Below are positions 41,704 to 64,000 of a stretch of 64,000 nucleotides of DNA, one piece after another. Origin of the DNA: Enoplolaimus lenunculus (lineage: Eukaryota); contig JASANG010000295.1 in the NCBI GenBank assembly GCA_030248215.1, forward strand, positions 310,001-374,000, read 5' to 3'. The notes beneath the pieces were generated by a model that was not told the origin of the DNA, searched no databases, and was given only the letters and a program-made list of their open reading frames with translations. The first letter of the stretch is position 1. Every line of letters starts with the position of its first letter. The position numbers were made by a program, and so were the translations under genes.

Positions 41704-42171
41704 GTGAGTCAAATATGTAAGAGAACTTCAGTTTGCTGTCATTGACCATGTTTTCAATTCTGAAACTGCGAACCTCAAAATTGACCAGGTTAACAAATCA
41801 ATTGCGGAAAATATGCTGAATTTCGAACCTCACCTTTGCTACTGGCTGTTAATCAAGTTTTCTATCTGTGTTTGAAATTTGAGATGTCTGTTAAGTGAAG
41901 TTACATATTTTTTATTTTTGCTAACGATTATTAACCATGGAATCCTGCGAGTTAGAATTTATGCTTGTGGCTCCTATGTAGCCTATCTTAATTATGGTCG
42001 TGGATGTTCTTTCGCAATTGTGATTTTCGATTTTGAAAGGGTTGTCAGTCCAGGTAGTAAGCGGCACTTCAGTCCTTGAAACTAAGCAGCTGCAGAAGCA
42101 GGCCTACAGACGGGGTTCAAACTTCAAGCCTGCAGATCCATAAGCGAACGCTTTGCTACTACCGTACGTAG

Positions 42172-52464
<10,293 letters not shown>

Positions 52465-53371
52465 GCGACAATCGATACGTCGTAATAGTTGCAATAACGG
52501 GCACTGTGAATAGCAAATAGCGAACAGCGAACATTGAAAGTGTTACTACTTGTTTTAATTATTAGTTTTATTAAGTTTTTACCTTTGAATGAGCACTTCT
52601 TCTTGTGATTGAAATTTTTGTTTCGTGTCGGTAGTTTTTGCGAAAGCTGGGTTGCGTAGTCTAGCCGAGTAGGTATTTGGTTGCGAAATTTTAACGTATC
52701 TTCCGTAGCGACAGAAAGGAAGGATGACAGTTTAGCCAAGCAAGTATTTGAAACTGAAATTTTGACGTATTTTTAGCGATAGAAAAATCTGGAGAAATAT
52801 TTTTCCTAAACCCGGCTTTGGTGTGAACATCGTTACAGTGGTGTTGCCTAGGATCCTGGTATACTATTGACGGACCGTACGGCAAATCAGATGAATTGCA
52901 ACATGTCACCGCACCGCCCCATAAGTATATCGTCATTCTAAGACGCGCAAATTGACTTGAACGTGCTCTTACTATTGCCGTGTTATCTGTTTCGTACACG
53001 TTTGATACGTGTAGATTAAATTTTATGGCACACCATGAACGGTTGTAATACAGCATAAATTTTTATTTGATGAAATAAATAATTAGGGCCACTGTTGTGC
53101 TATTATTTAACTGAGTAGATCGTGACGTCCTCGAAAAAACTTGTTCCCATTTGGAGATCAGTCCATTTTTCAAACCGAAAGTTTGATTATGCCAATTGTG
53201 CAGTACCGGAAAATTCTGGTGAAAAATACCGGACTTTTTACCGGAACCGTGTATACAGTTTTACAACCGGAACTGGATCTCTGGTTGCACTCCGAGCAGC
53301 CGGCTCCGGTAGAAATTTTGTCGAAGGTTCCGCATTTTCGGTAGTGAAAACTTGCATAATTTTAAAAATGT

Positions 53372-54396
53372 TTGTTTTTAGCGCGTTTCGTTTTACTTTT
53401 ATCACATTTTTCAGGAAAATTTCTGAAATTTGCAGAAAATTGGCGTAAAACCAAATAACTTAACATCGCAGATAATGAATAAGTTACCTAATTACTAGGG
53501 TGCAACCGAAGCTTCGGCAGAAAATCGGCCTCTGGCTCCGATGGAATTTTTGCCGGAGGTTCCGGCAATATCACAATTTTCAGTATACAATTTCCAAAAC
53601 TTCGCAGAATATTAGCGTACAACCAAAAAACGACATTGCATATATTGGCTAAAAATTAACTGCTTAACCACCATTTTTACCATCTAAGTAATTTCGCCTT
53701 ACCTCCGGCCGGTTGTTTTTAGCGCGTTTCATTTTACTTTTATCACATTTTTCAGGAAAATTTCTGAAATTTTGCAGAAAATTGGCGTAAAACCAAATAA
53801 CTTAACATCGCAGATAATGAATAAGTTACCTAATTACTAGGGTGCAACCGAAGCTCCGGCAGAAAATCGGCCTCTGGCTCCGATGGAATTTTTGCCTAAG
53901 GTTCCGGCAATATCACAATTTTCAGTATACAATTTCCAAAACTTCGCAGAATATTAGCGTACAACCAAAAAACGACATTGCATATATTGGCTAAAAATTA
54001 ACTGCTTAACCACCATTTTTACCATCTAAGTAATTTCGCCTTACCTCCGGCCGGTTGTTTTTAGCGCGTTTCATTTTACTTTTATCACATTTTTCAGGAA
54101 AATTTCTGAAATTTTGCAGAAAATTGGCGTAAAACCAAATAACTTAACATCGCAGATAATGAATAAGTTACCTAATTACTAGGGTGCAACCGAAGCTCCG
54201 GCAGAAAATCGGCCTCTGGCTCCGATGGAATTTTTGCCTAAGGTTCCGGCAATATCACAATTTTCAGTATACAATTTCCAAAACTTCGCAGAATATTAGC
54301 GTACAACCAAAAAACGACACTGCATGTATTGGCTAAAAATTAACTGCTTAACCACCATTTTTACCATCCAAGTAATTTCGCCTTACCTCCGGCCGG
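53372..54396. repeat. About 342-bp unit in three near-identical tandem copies
   Basis: Units start at 53372, 53713 and 54055 (ttgtttttagcgcgtttc...); each contains a family-C-like terminus tagggtgcaaccgaagc. Confidence 0.95.
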
Positions 54397-54449
54397 AAAG
54401 TTTCGTTGACCTCAGGCACTCAGTAGTAACGTGTGAGGTATTAGCCATT

Positions 54450-54684
54450 TTGTTTTGTATCAAAAGCTTGAGCGATAATGCAAGGTTATACAGAATGTAC
54501 TTTCAAAAGTTAAGTATGCTTCAAAGTTTTGAACTCAACTTTATTTGTTCCTGTAGTCATTTATACACTACAATTAGAATAACTGACATTTATAGACTCT
54601 AATTAAGGTTTAGACTTATCAGGGATACGGACTCTTATTGTGGGACGTACAATGGGAACCCCTCTTATTCGGGCCTCCATACAG
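54450..54684 (+). mobile_element. MITE family B, 5'-truncated diverged copy
   Basis: aaaagcttgagcgataatgcaagg...cccctcttattcgggcctccatacag|ta. Confidence 0.7.
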
Positions 54685-55903
54685 TAAGCAAAAATAGTCT
54701 AAACTTAAACATACTCTAGAAGTGCTGCGAAAGAGCACATTGCGCCTGAAAATACCATGGTTCAAGGCAGTTATACAAAGCTTTATATATCTGAAAGATT
54801 TAAAACCTGTTCGTGGACGTCAATTCAGAAATGCTTGGAACAATATATACATATTAACAAGCCTCGAAAGAAACTCAATCTTACTATAATGCGCTTTGGA
54901 GATTATACATGCAATGAACAATAATGAACGTGTGCTCTTGTTGGTATGTACAATTACGCGATTTTTATTTAATCGTTTATATAGATAAGCAGTGGAAAAT
55001 CAAGATGTAAATCTTAATTAGGCAAGACAACTTTGGTGTCACAAAAGCGACTTAGAAATGTAGCAGATGTATATCTTTCGATGCAGTCTAGAGAGCTGAG
55101 TGGACCTTTAAGCTTTAATCTATATAGGTACAATATAGAAGGTTTTGCGTGATAATAATAACACACGGAACATTCTTTATTAAAATACAAACTTCGCAAA
55201 TACGTTACTAAAAATATACATCTTAAAAATGAAACGCAGAATTTAATGTTTAATCGATGATGGTCTTTGGATAATAAATACATGCTTGCTTTATTACACT
55301 ACGAATCTTTTCTGGTTGGGTATCACATCTTTCATGCTATTCTGGACAACAATAAACACTGACGTCGAAAGCTATGATCTACTCCTTTGTCTATTTTATT
55401 GTTCCAGACAAATATTGCATTTATTGTGTTTGTGTGTCTACTAAAGAGTTTCATGAGTCGACTTTTTGCAGGAATTCCGCCCGGAACAACAATTTCGGTG
55501 GTACCCTTAATTATATACTCAGCTTAAACAAAACCTTCAAAACCATAACATAATAAGGGTATACATTCAATTAAATTGAATAATATTAATATCACTTTAA
55601 ATAATATATAGTTTATAATTTTTGTAAATAAAATAAACATTTTACACAACGTATAATACTGTCTAAAACCGACTGGAATGTTTATTGCACAGAATTATAG
55701 CAGAACCAAAAAAGCACGCAACATACCGGTATCGTGTATGTCCATGTACTATAATTTAAGAACAGCGTCTAGACTCTTAAATACTACTCAGATCCTCGGA
55801 GTTACATTTTGAATGTTATCCCTTATTATTAAAAATTGGTCTATTTTACTAACAACGAGTTATACCAGGTTACTAACAACGAGTAATACCAGGCCCAGCA
55901 GTG

Positions 55904-56567
55904 CAGGGATGGGCGGTCTCGGTCAAAAAAGCGAAACCGAGAGTTTTGGTCTCGGTCTCGGTCAATTTTTAACCGTTTTCGAAAATAAAGATTTTTGTAA
56001 CAAAAGTTTTGAATATTTTTATCTGCTTTTAATTGCAGCTTCATACAATTAAAATAATAAATCGCCGCCAAAATTTATTTTTTTTACTTTATTTTTCACT
56101 TGGCTACTGTCGTCAACCCTTCGAACAGGCTCGGGACAAATCACACTGTCTCAAAACACCATATGTACAATCCATAATTCAGAGCTATAGGGCTGTTTTT
56201 GCTCCCGGGCAAACGGAATGGACAGGAAGTTTTTAACATAGCGTGACGTGATAAATGCTAACGCGAAAATGCAACTACTTGTGCTTTGTCACAATAAAAT
56301 CAAAGTATTATGGGTTTCCTTTTAAAAATAGAATTTTGAGTAACCGGAGGGGTCGCTCTGTTTCTGAACGGCGGTCCTCCACAATCGTTCGTTGTCTGTT
56401 TTGGTAGGCGAAATGTGCTATTACTAACGCCAAAGCTGCGACCTAAGGAAAATTTTATCGCATTTTCACGTCTTTGGCCTCAATTTGCAAACCACAGAGA
56501 CTGAAAAAATCGAGACCGAGACCAACCAGATCTGAAGACTTGCCGAGACCGAGACCACCCATCCCTG
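55904..56567. mobile_element. Non-autonomous hAT-type element (664 bp) with perfect 8-bp TSD
   Basis: TSD CAGCAGTG at 55896-55903 and 56568-56575; TIR CAGGGATGGGCGGTCTCGGTC / GACCGAGACCACCCATCCCTG; subterminal CCGAGA repeats. Confidence 0.92.
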
Positions 56568-58149
56568 CAGCAGTGGCTAAATCTGCGGCGCTCCTTGGAA
56601 TGTCATCTTGATATCCCGGTGAGTTAAAACATTATTGACTTTTCGAATACTAGTGTAGATAAGGTGTACTGATCGAGAAAACAAAATTTTATCCAAACCC
56701 GAAACGGAGTTTTACGTTGTGACCGCGAATGACAATCAATTGCTACCAATAGTTCTGAAGTTTGATCCGTGTTACTTTTAGGCCAGTTCCGTTTTCTCGC
56801 ACGACTGCAATAGAGCAGGATTAGAATTTGCCTGAAATTTTCATTTCCTTTTCAATTTGCGAGGAGTATATACTGGTTCAAAATTTCGGGCCCACACAGA
56901 TGTAATAAAAGTTGCAAGTTTCAATTATTAAGTCAAAAACCAAAACGAATGTTATTCATCATGCATTGCCCAAATCGGAGAGCAAATAAAAGCAAATAAT
57001 ACAAAGCAAATGGCATAACTTACACAGATAAAACTCGTAAATGTTCAATTTGGTATATCTTTTAGATTTTGCTTAGAGTATCGATAAGTAAGCACTAAAA
57101 AGTTGTTAGTATTTCATTTTTAGCCTACAGTCACGTTTTGAGCATAGCGTGACAAAACGTAAGATTCTGGAAAAATAACGATACTTGTTTACTTTCTCCC
57201 CACAAAGATTTCCACCCTACATTAAACAGCAAAACAAAACTGAATAACGTGGGAATCGGATTAATGAGAATCCGAACACGAAATTTATTCCAGAATTAAA
57301 GCTGCAATTTTTTTGAGCGTATTCATTTTACATACCGAATCTTATTTGAGCTAAGTAGCATGATCTAGATATCGGTTTCAATGTGTTCTGTAAGTTCGCA
57401 CGCACATGATATTTGTGTTTGTATCCTAATGCTAATTTCCTTATATAAAAATGCGCGCTTAGAACTAATGTAAGGGTTGTTTTGTTATGAAACTTAACAA
57501 AACTGGAGGCAATTTTCGCACCTAAATTGCAATAATATACGTTAAGAAGAATTAAAAATTACGACCCTATTCCGATTATACATGAAATTAGAATCGGAAC
57601 CGAATTTGAAAAAGGCTTCTAATCGCAATGGAATTCCGTTTGCACCCTTCCTAACACATACCAAATGACTGGGCTACTAAAATAGGCTGATGCTTAGGCT
57701 TACCTTCAAATGTCGCCTTAGCCTCAGCCAAACCGCAGTTTGAGCATACGGACTTCCATTGAGTAGGACTCAAACTGGGGACACCTGTTACTCGAGTCAC
57801 CACGGTATATAAGTTTAGGCTTAAGAAAATATTAAACAGTAGTGCGGGGGAAACTTTTGCCTTATATTAAATTAACACTAGTGTGAAATAGTAGCAAGTA
57901 CCAAAACGGCTAAGAATTACTCTCCAATTCGTAAATTGAAAAGTTGTATAAATTACTCTATCTGAAACAATTTCGAACCTCATCTCCAACTCTCAACAGT
58001 TAACTATTACCAACATACGAAAATATTTGCTGCTTTATATAAAAAACCTTTGTTTGTTTGTGTATACACCAAAACCAAGCACAACCTTTAACAATTACCA
58101 TAAATGCAATTTTCACAACTCTGATTCAAATAATTATACAAAGTAATAG

Positions 58150-58462
58150 TAAAAATAAAATAAAATTAAATCTATATATTCGTAGAAATATAAGCGATAC
58201 ATACATTTAATATTTTGTTCTGTGTATAAATCCCGGATCTTTTCCGTTATCCACCATCCCATCCCGCGTTTGCCCACAAATGGTTTGATTTTGAAAATTT
58301 TTGAATAAAAATAAAATAAAATTAAATCTATATATTCGTAGAAATATAAGCGATATATACATTTAATATTTTGTTCTGTGTATAAATCCCGGATCTTTTC
58401 CGTTATCCACCATCCCATCCCGCGTTTGCCCACAAATGGTTTGATTTTGAAAATTTTTGAAT
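58150..58462. repeat. 156-bp tandem duplication spanning the left junction of a family A MITE
   Basis: Two near-identical units; explains the internally repeated ORF 58134-58493. Confidence 0.92.
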
Positions 58463-58733
58463 ATTGGAGCTTCTTATAACCTCCCCATATCATTCCACAC
58501 CCAAATCAAAATTTTTGTAAATTTTTTTGAATGGTATATAATTTGTCAAACTTTTTGACGAAATTTTTTTATCCCAACCGGGTACTTTGGGACCTTAAAA
58601 ATCGAATTTTTCCAAAATTCAATTTTGGGCGTGAAATGATCGGGGAGGTCAAGCAAAGCTCCCATATGCAGAAATTTTCAAAATCTAACCATTTTTGGGC
58701 ACAGGCGGGCTGGGGGATAACGGAAAAAGACCC
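58390..58733. mobile_element. MITE family A copy
   Basis: ggatcttttccgttatcc ... gggggataacggaaaaagaccc. Confidence 0.8.
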
Positions 58734-58832
58734 TAAACCCCTATACCTCAAAACGAAACGACCAAATGAACTTCGCGTTTTTAGTACGTGAGTTTTTAGT
58801 ACGTAATTCATGTTGCCACAGAGCGATGCAGG

Positions 58833-59181
58833 CAGAGTGCAAGGAAACGGAACCGTAACTGGCAAATGAAAAATATATGCCACTGATAAATTCATTTTAA
58901 TATTCTTTTCTGCAATATTATTGGTGAAATAATCCTAGTTGGAGATAGGTGTTCACTTTCTCTGCTGTATTTTAGATTATGCAAAATCTACCTTCGATGG
59001 TTTATTTTCGGCGATTGTCCAGGTTTGCATACTATAATATTAAAATCTATTTAATTTATATCGTCATTTTTTAGTAAAATATCTTAACTTCCACCAACCA
59101 AATTTTAATACCGTAATATTTAATTCCGACCGGAACCGGAACGTGAAAAAATGCCGGAACCGGCATTCCGGTTGCACCCAG
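58833..59181 (+). mobile_element. MITE family C, near-full copy
   Basis: cagagtgcaagg ... attccggttgcacccag; internal homology to the 42913 and 52100 copies. Confidence 0.75.
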
Positions 59182-60311
59182 CCTGGATCCAGGATATAAT
59201 TTATTCAAGTATTTCGACATTCGACTGATGCAATTCCTACGAATTTATGTAACCTAAAGCTGTTTTCGCAACTCTGTGTAGCACCTATAGTCAGTTGTAA
59301 TAGGTCTTACAGTGTGCAAATTGAGAGACCTACAGATGTCCAAATTTGCGCACAATTCAGACATATGAAAGCACAAAATGTCACATTTCGACATTAGTTC
59401 GGAAAACCTGTCACCAACTGGTAATACGTGCTACACGCATTTTACAGCACGAAAACGGTTCTTTAAATTAAATTAAAAAACTATAATCAGGCTGTAATTT
59501 TAATACTAACAGATATTGTAACCAACGTTTATATATAAATTTTCCTATACAAAATGTTTATATAACCCGTTTTTTGTTATCACACAAATTAATACGTAAT
59601 TTTAAAACAACAAGAACAGCGATATTGTTTCAGACTATGGCAATAAACCATAGTCTACTTAGGGTGGTGCTATACTTGTCGTGCGGCGCAGTGCGTCACC
59701 ATACGGTAATCCTACGTGTTTGTTTTGACGAATTGGTGTTACAATAGGCCCAGCTGCCACCACTGTGGCAAACAGCTGTTCGGAACACAACATACCGAAT
59801 AATATTTAGCATAATCTACCGAAAACAAACGTTCATTTTTGGTATATCAAACTTTTAATGAACATAACCACGTTACCAATCAGGACGCGTTCATCGGCAT
59901 CAACAGTACAATTAGTGGCTTTGTACACTTTCCTCCATCGGCTTAGGCTCAGGCCAACACTTAGACTTCGGAAAATGCTCACGCAGGCTTGAGCCCAAGT
60001 GTAAACCGTGGCCTAAGCTTTTATAAGCCTGAAAGTAGCGGAGTGCACAAGCGCCCAGTTGTTATCCACTCATAAATCATAAACGTTGTCCAAATCACCG
60101 ATGCGTGAAGTACCTTCATAAACCATTCAACTCCTATCTATGACAACTAACCTGAAAACCAATTACATGTGATTTAGCACCTAATCCAAAAATAAAACAC
60201 ACTATCTTCATATGCGGTATTCTAAACATTGATCTACAGTTGTTTTTGTTTTTCGCCCACATTCAAAAACCCTGTGAAAAAAATTGCGTTCAGTCCCCTT
60301 CCATAGGAAAG

Positions 60312-61075
60312 TCAGTGTTTACTGGCGGCCACCATTGTATCATTCAATTGTTTGCCACCTCGAATATATTTAATAATGAAATTGGAACTCGATTGTCGTG
60401 TACTTCCTTTCCCGACACTTAAACCAGCTTCAATTTCGGAACCTGTCGTTTGCGGCCCGTCGCTAGCGGATTCGAACTGAAATTGTTGTTGTCCTTTGCA
60501 CGTTTCTTTGATTAAATTCAACGAGCCACACTGACTAACGTGTTCAACGCCTGGCTCTGGCAATCTTGTAACTTGTGACCCAGCGTTTTTCGCTTTCGTC
60601 TGAGCATTTTCGCTGGCACAATGCTGCGTCCGCCGGCTGTGTTCAGTACGATTTTCAGCAAAACCATGCGTCTCATAACAGGCAGAAAAAGGTCTCCCAG
60701 GCGAGTTTAAAGAGGCTTCCTTTATGCCAATATCCGACTCGTATGGAAACGCTGATGGCGACGGCAAAGGTTCTTTGCTTGCAATTGTCGCAGTTGTTCC
60801 AATCGATGATGTGTCTGTATCGGTCCGTGAAACTCCACGTGATTTCGTAGTCTTCAGTCCAGGAAAGGTAGGGGAAATAGATTCATTCTCACCATGAAAT
60901 TGTTGCCGGGTATCTAGCGGTCGAGTGTAACTGTCTTGATGAGGAGTTGTCCAAAGAGCGCAATCGTTTCTCGAATTCAGCAAAGGTGTAGTCGCACCGA
61001 GCAGTGGTATATCCGCATCTGAAGAATCTGCGCGGTGATGTTGGTGATGATAGCCAACAGATGACGATGGGCGTC
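60312..61075 (-). CDS. Probable downstream (possibly terminal) exon of an uncharacterised Ser/Thr-rich protein
   Basis: About 254 stop-free codons with coding-like GC; acceptor tactttgtag|GA at 61075, phase-compatible with the donor at 62578. The 3' boundary (stop versus internal donor) is uncertain. Confidence 0.65.
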
Positions 61076-61102
61076 CTACAAAGTAACGAGACAGAACCAA
61101 TC

Positions 61103-61159
61103 AATAATAATAATAATAATATAATAAAAATAATAATAGTAATAATAATAATAATAAAT
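61103..61159. repeat. (AAT)n microsatellite
   Basis: Imperfect AAT run just upstream of the 61075 acceptor. Confidence 0.9.
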
Positions 61160-61922
61160 AGTCAACATGGTTGCACATTTGCAACCCTAAATTAATATTC
61201 CGCACAAAACTTTTTAGAATGTTGTGTAATTTGCATATATATGCAGCATGCTGCAAAGCGGAACTAGATTATACCGGAATCGGAACAGCAAATTTATACC
61301 GAAATTCTAATCGCAATCGGAACTAGAAATTTTGTGACTGTACGGATAATTTGTAGTAACAAATATAATACTGAGTTAGGGTGTCTGTTAGCTGGCAACC
61401 CTGGAAAATATTAAGGAATAGTGGCGTCCAAAATCATCTCAACTCGGCAATTATGTCGCCATACAATGTTCTTATGAAATTCAATTAATTATGTTAACAA
61501 CGAGACACAGGTCAATTTAGTACGTTCTTGTAGTAAACTTCAATATACATTTATGGATTCCAAACTAAATTTTTCGAAATTTTTCGACATTTTAGAAATT
61601 ATTTTGATTTACATTCAAGCAAGACATCTGTTTCTTACAAAAATAAAATAACAGCAGTTTTGCTGTCCGCAATATGTTTCAGAAGAATTAATAGTTAACA
61701 AGATTTTTTACACCATTGTTCCTTAATATTTTCCCAGCTTACATCAAACGAATGTGCTCGTGTAGTTACTATCCTTTTAGTAGGAATATGAAACATATCC
61801 CTTGTTGCTCAAGTGCTGAGCGATTTTTCTCCAGTAATATTCTTCTGTATGTACGTATCTGTGTATCTATGTATGTATGTATGGGCGTTGTAGGACAAAT
61901 GGTGTGCTTTCGAAGCATTGAT

Positions 61923-62040
61923 TTGGGGTGAAACAAACCGTTGCAGTGGAACCCACCGTTTCGGCAAAACCAACCGCAAGGGTGAAACCTACCGTTAGGG
62001 TGAAACCAATCGTTGGGGTTGAATTAACTGTTGGGGTGAA
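61923..62040. repeat. 18-bp minisatellite (TTGGGGTGAAACCAACCG), about 6.5 diverged copies
   Basis: Visible 18-bp periodicity. Confidence 0.85.
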
Positions 62041-62577
62041 CTCGACCCTAAGCTCTGTGTACCAGTACAGTTATAATCGCAAAATTACTTAACTAACTTA
62101 AAAAGTGCTGAACCAAAATGAAAAATTTCGTGCACTTTTTGTTAGGAGTTTTTTGACCGTAAATACTGAAGGTCACACTGGTTTGGTAAATGCATCGTTT
62201 GGTAAATCCTTCGGCACAGATATTCCCTACGTACCAGGATACCAGTGTATAAAATTTAAACCAAAGAGGGTCTTTATTACTTGAGCACCAACATGCAAAT
62301 TTAACTGGAAATACGCACTTGAGATGCGCGAATCATACGTATGAATGTAAATGGCTTTATTTTACTATATGATAAGCCTACAGCACGTATGTAGGAAAAC
62401 AACGTGGCTAAATCTGCTAAAAATACTAACAAAACTTAAGTTTTTTTAATATATCTGAAAATATACATTTCTTTTCAAATTTTTAGCCAAGTTATCCAAA
62501 GCACGGACTATATCCAATTTTAAATTACACTTCAACCATAAAAGGGCTCAATATTTCCGCGTCAAATTCCACTTTAC

Positions 62578-64000
62578 CCTTTTCAGATCGCTGGCAGGTG
62601 TTGGTAGCATTTTTGAAAGAATCATATTTGTCACGTCGCCTTGCGTTACGCCCTCCGAGTTTGAACCGTGCAGTGACATGAGGTCGATTACGATACTTGA
62701 GCGATAACGAATAAAATAACTTTCCCGCTGATCCGCCAACACTGGCCAATGGCGACCGAGAAGACTTGATGCCGTGGCGTGAGGTACACGATTCTGATTG
62801 GCTACCACTAGACGTCCACGCTCCACAGTCTCGTTCACAACTGGTTGAATTTTGAACCTCGAATGTGGTTTGACAGTTTGCGGTCGCTGCGTCATTGCTA
62901 GTTGCTTTTAAGCCTCCGACACGTACCGGTGGCTTTATACCGTCGGTTGAGCTAGTACTGGTAAATTGATTCTTTATTTTAGCACGCCCATGGCCAACCA
63001 CCACCGGCTGAACAACAGTTGTGCTTCCAGCTGTCGTGCGTTCACCATCTCGTATAGTACCGGTTGTGATTCCGGTAAGACTGCATCCTCCCACGGGTAA
63101 AGGTGCCCCGGGACACGACAGACTCCTCTTACGGCACGCGTCTTCATCAGGATCAGACATTTCAGCTACAGACGACGATCTATCATCACTTTCAGCGTAT
63201 GCCAAATTAGCAACCTGTTCGCCAATGTCGCCTGTCGACAAAGTTACTTCTGGGCTGCATCTTTCGCGATTGTGTCCATCCAGCCCATGTTGACAGTCTA
63301 AATAGTCACACGACGCCTCCAGATCTCCAGTTAGTGAACATTCAAAGCTTGACAGCTCGAGTTTCAAGGCGCGATTACTGTTGTCGCATTGACGTTGCGA
63401 CGCCAGTGAACCAATCTGTGAATGAACGTGCCAATCTAAACATCTAGAAATGCTGGAATCATCGCGGTTCGCCCTACGTAACTCATGTGAGAACGAACGA
63501 CTTTCGCTAATATTGGCGACGGGCACGGCATGTTTCGATCGCTCAATTGAACCACTGTCGCGGCAAGGCAAACCTGGCTCGGCAACAACTCTACAACCAC
63601 TGCCATCAACAGATTTTCCATCGCAAGAAGACCCAAACGATTCTTGTCGACCTGTTGCAAACGCTACACCGAAATGAAATTTTTGGCCAGCACAGAACAT
63701 TCTTCCACTTGCTTCCGAGCCCAAATTTTGACCAGATCCACCGCTAGACGTCCGCTGCAAGCTTAAACTAGGCGATTTGGTGACAATGTGAGCTTCCGAA
63801 CGTAAACAAGCTTCTTTGCAACAGTCGTTCCTAATTTTATCAGGATCGAAAGCTTCAAAGCCAACCGTTTTATCAGTTGGTGGATCTCGAACGCTGTCGT
63901 TTGCCATCGCGGCGTGCAACTGTGGTGCATGACTCGCTGCTCCAATTGCGTCTAGTGTTGTGCACGACGCTACCGTAAGAGAACACTCTGTAGTTGGGTT
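62578..64000 (-). CDS. Large exon (>470 codons) of an uncharacterised Ser/Cys-rich, probably disordered protein; gene begins beyond the right edge
   Basis: The frame of ORF 62525-63919 stays open to base 64000; candidate donor AAGG|gtaaag at 62578 joins in frame to 61075. No domain recognised. Confidence 0.75.

Noticed and set aside
58134..58493. ORF with an internal 52-aa repeat
   Set aside because: Product of the 156-bp tandem duplication over a MITE end.

Overview
AT-rich, intron-rich animal genomic DNA, most likely a nematode (inferred from TTTTCAG-type acceptors, scattered degenerate TTAGGC hexamers and a nematode-style LAPTM-like protein). Protein-coding content reconstructed by hand: (1) a 621-codon exon of a PDE8-family phosphodiesterase (REC + start of PAS) running off the left edge on the minus strand, absent from the ORF track; (2) a 4-exon orphan type-I membrane glycoprotein gene (minus, 27703-21778); (3) a single-ORF 544-aa four-TM LAPTM/Mtp-like protein with a Thr-rich N-terminus; (4) a complete 12-coding-exon cytosolic Hsp90 gene (42277-52464, 729 aa, ends MEEVD); (5) two phase-compatible exons of a Ser-rich, low-complexity protein entering from the right edge. 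The rest is MITEs of several families, a decayed LTR-retroelement-like tract and tandem repeats. Best findings: two copies of a U17/snR30 (SNORA73)-like H/ACA snoRNA in hsp90 intron 5, plus further snoRNA candidates in other hsp90 introns; a duplicated hsp90 splice acceptor that would introduce an in-frame stop; a TTAA-flanked piggyBac-type MITE carrying a tRNA-like Pol III promoter; and a satellite that appears to have expanded from a hAT MITE subterminal motif. All calls come from reading the sequence; no database searches or folding programs were run.
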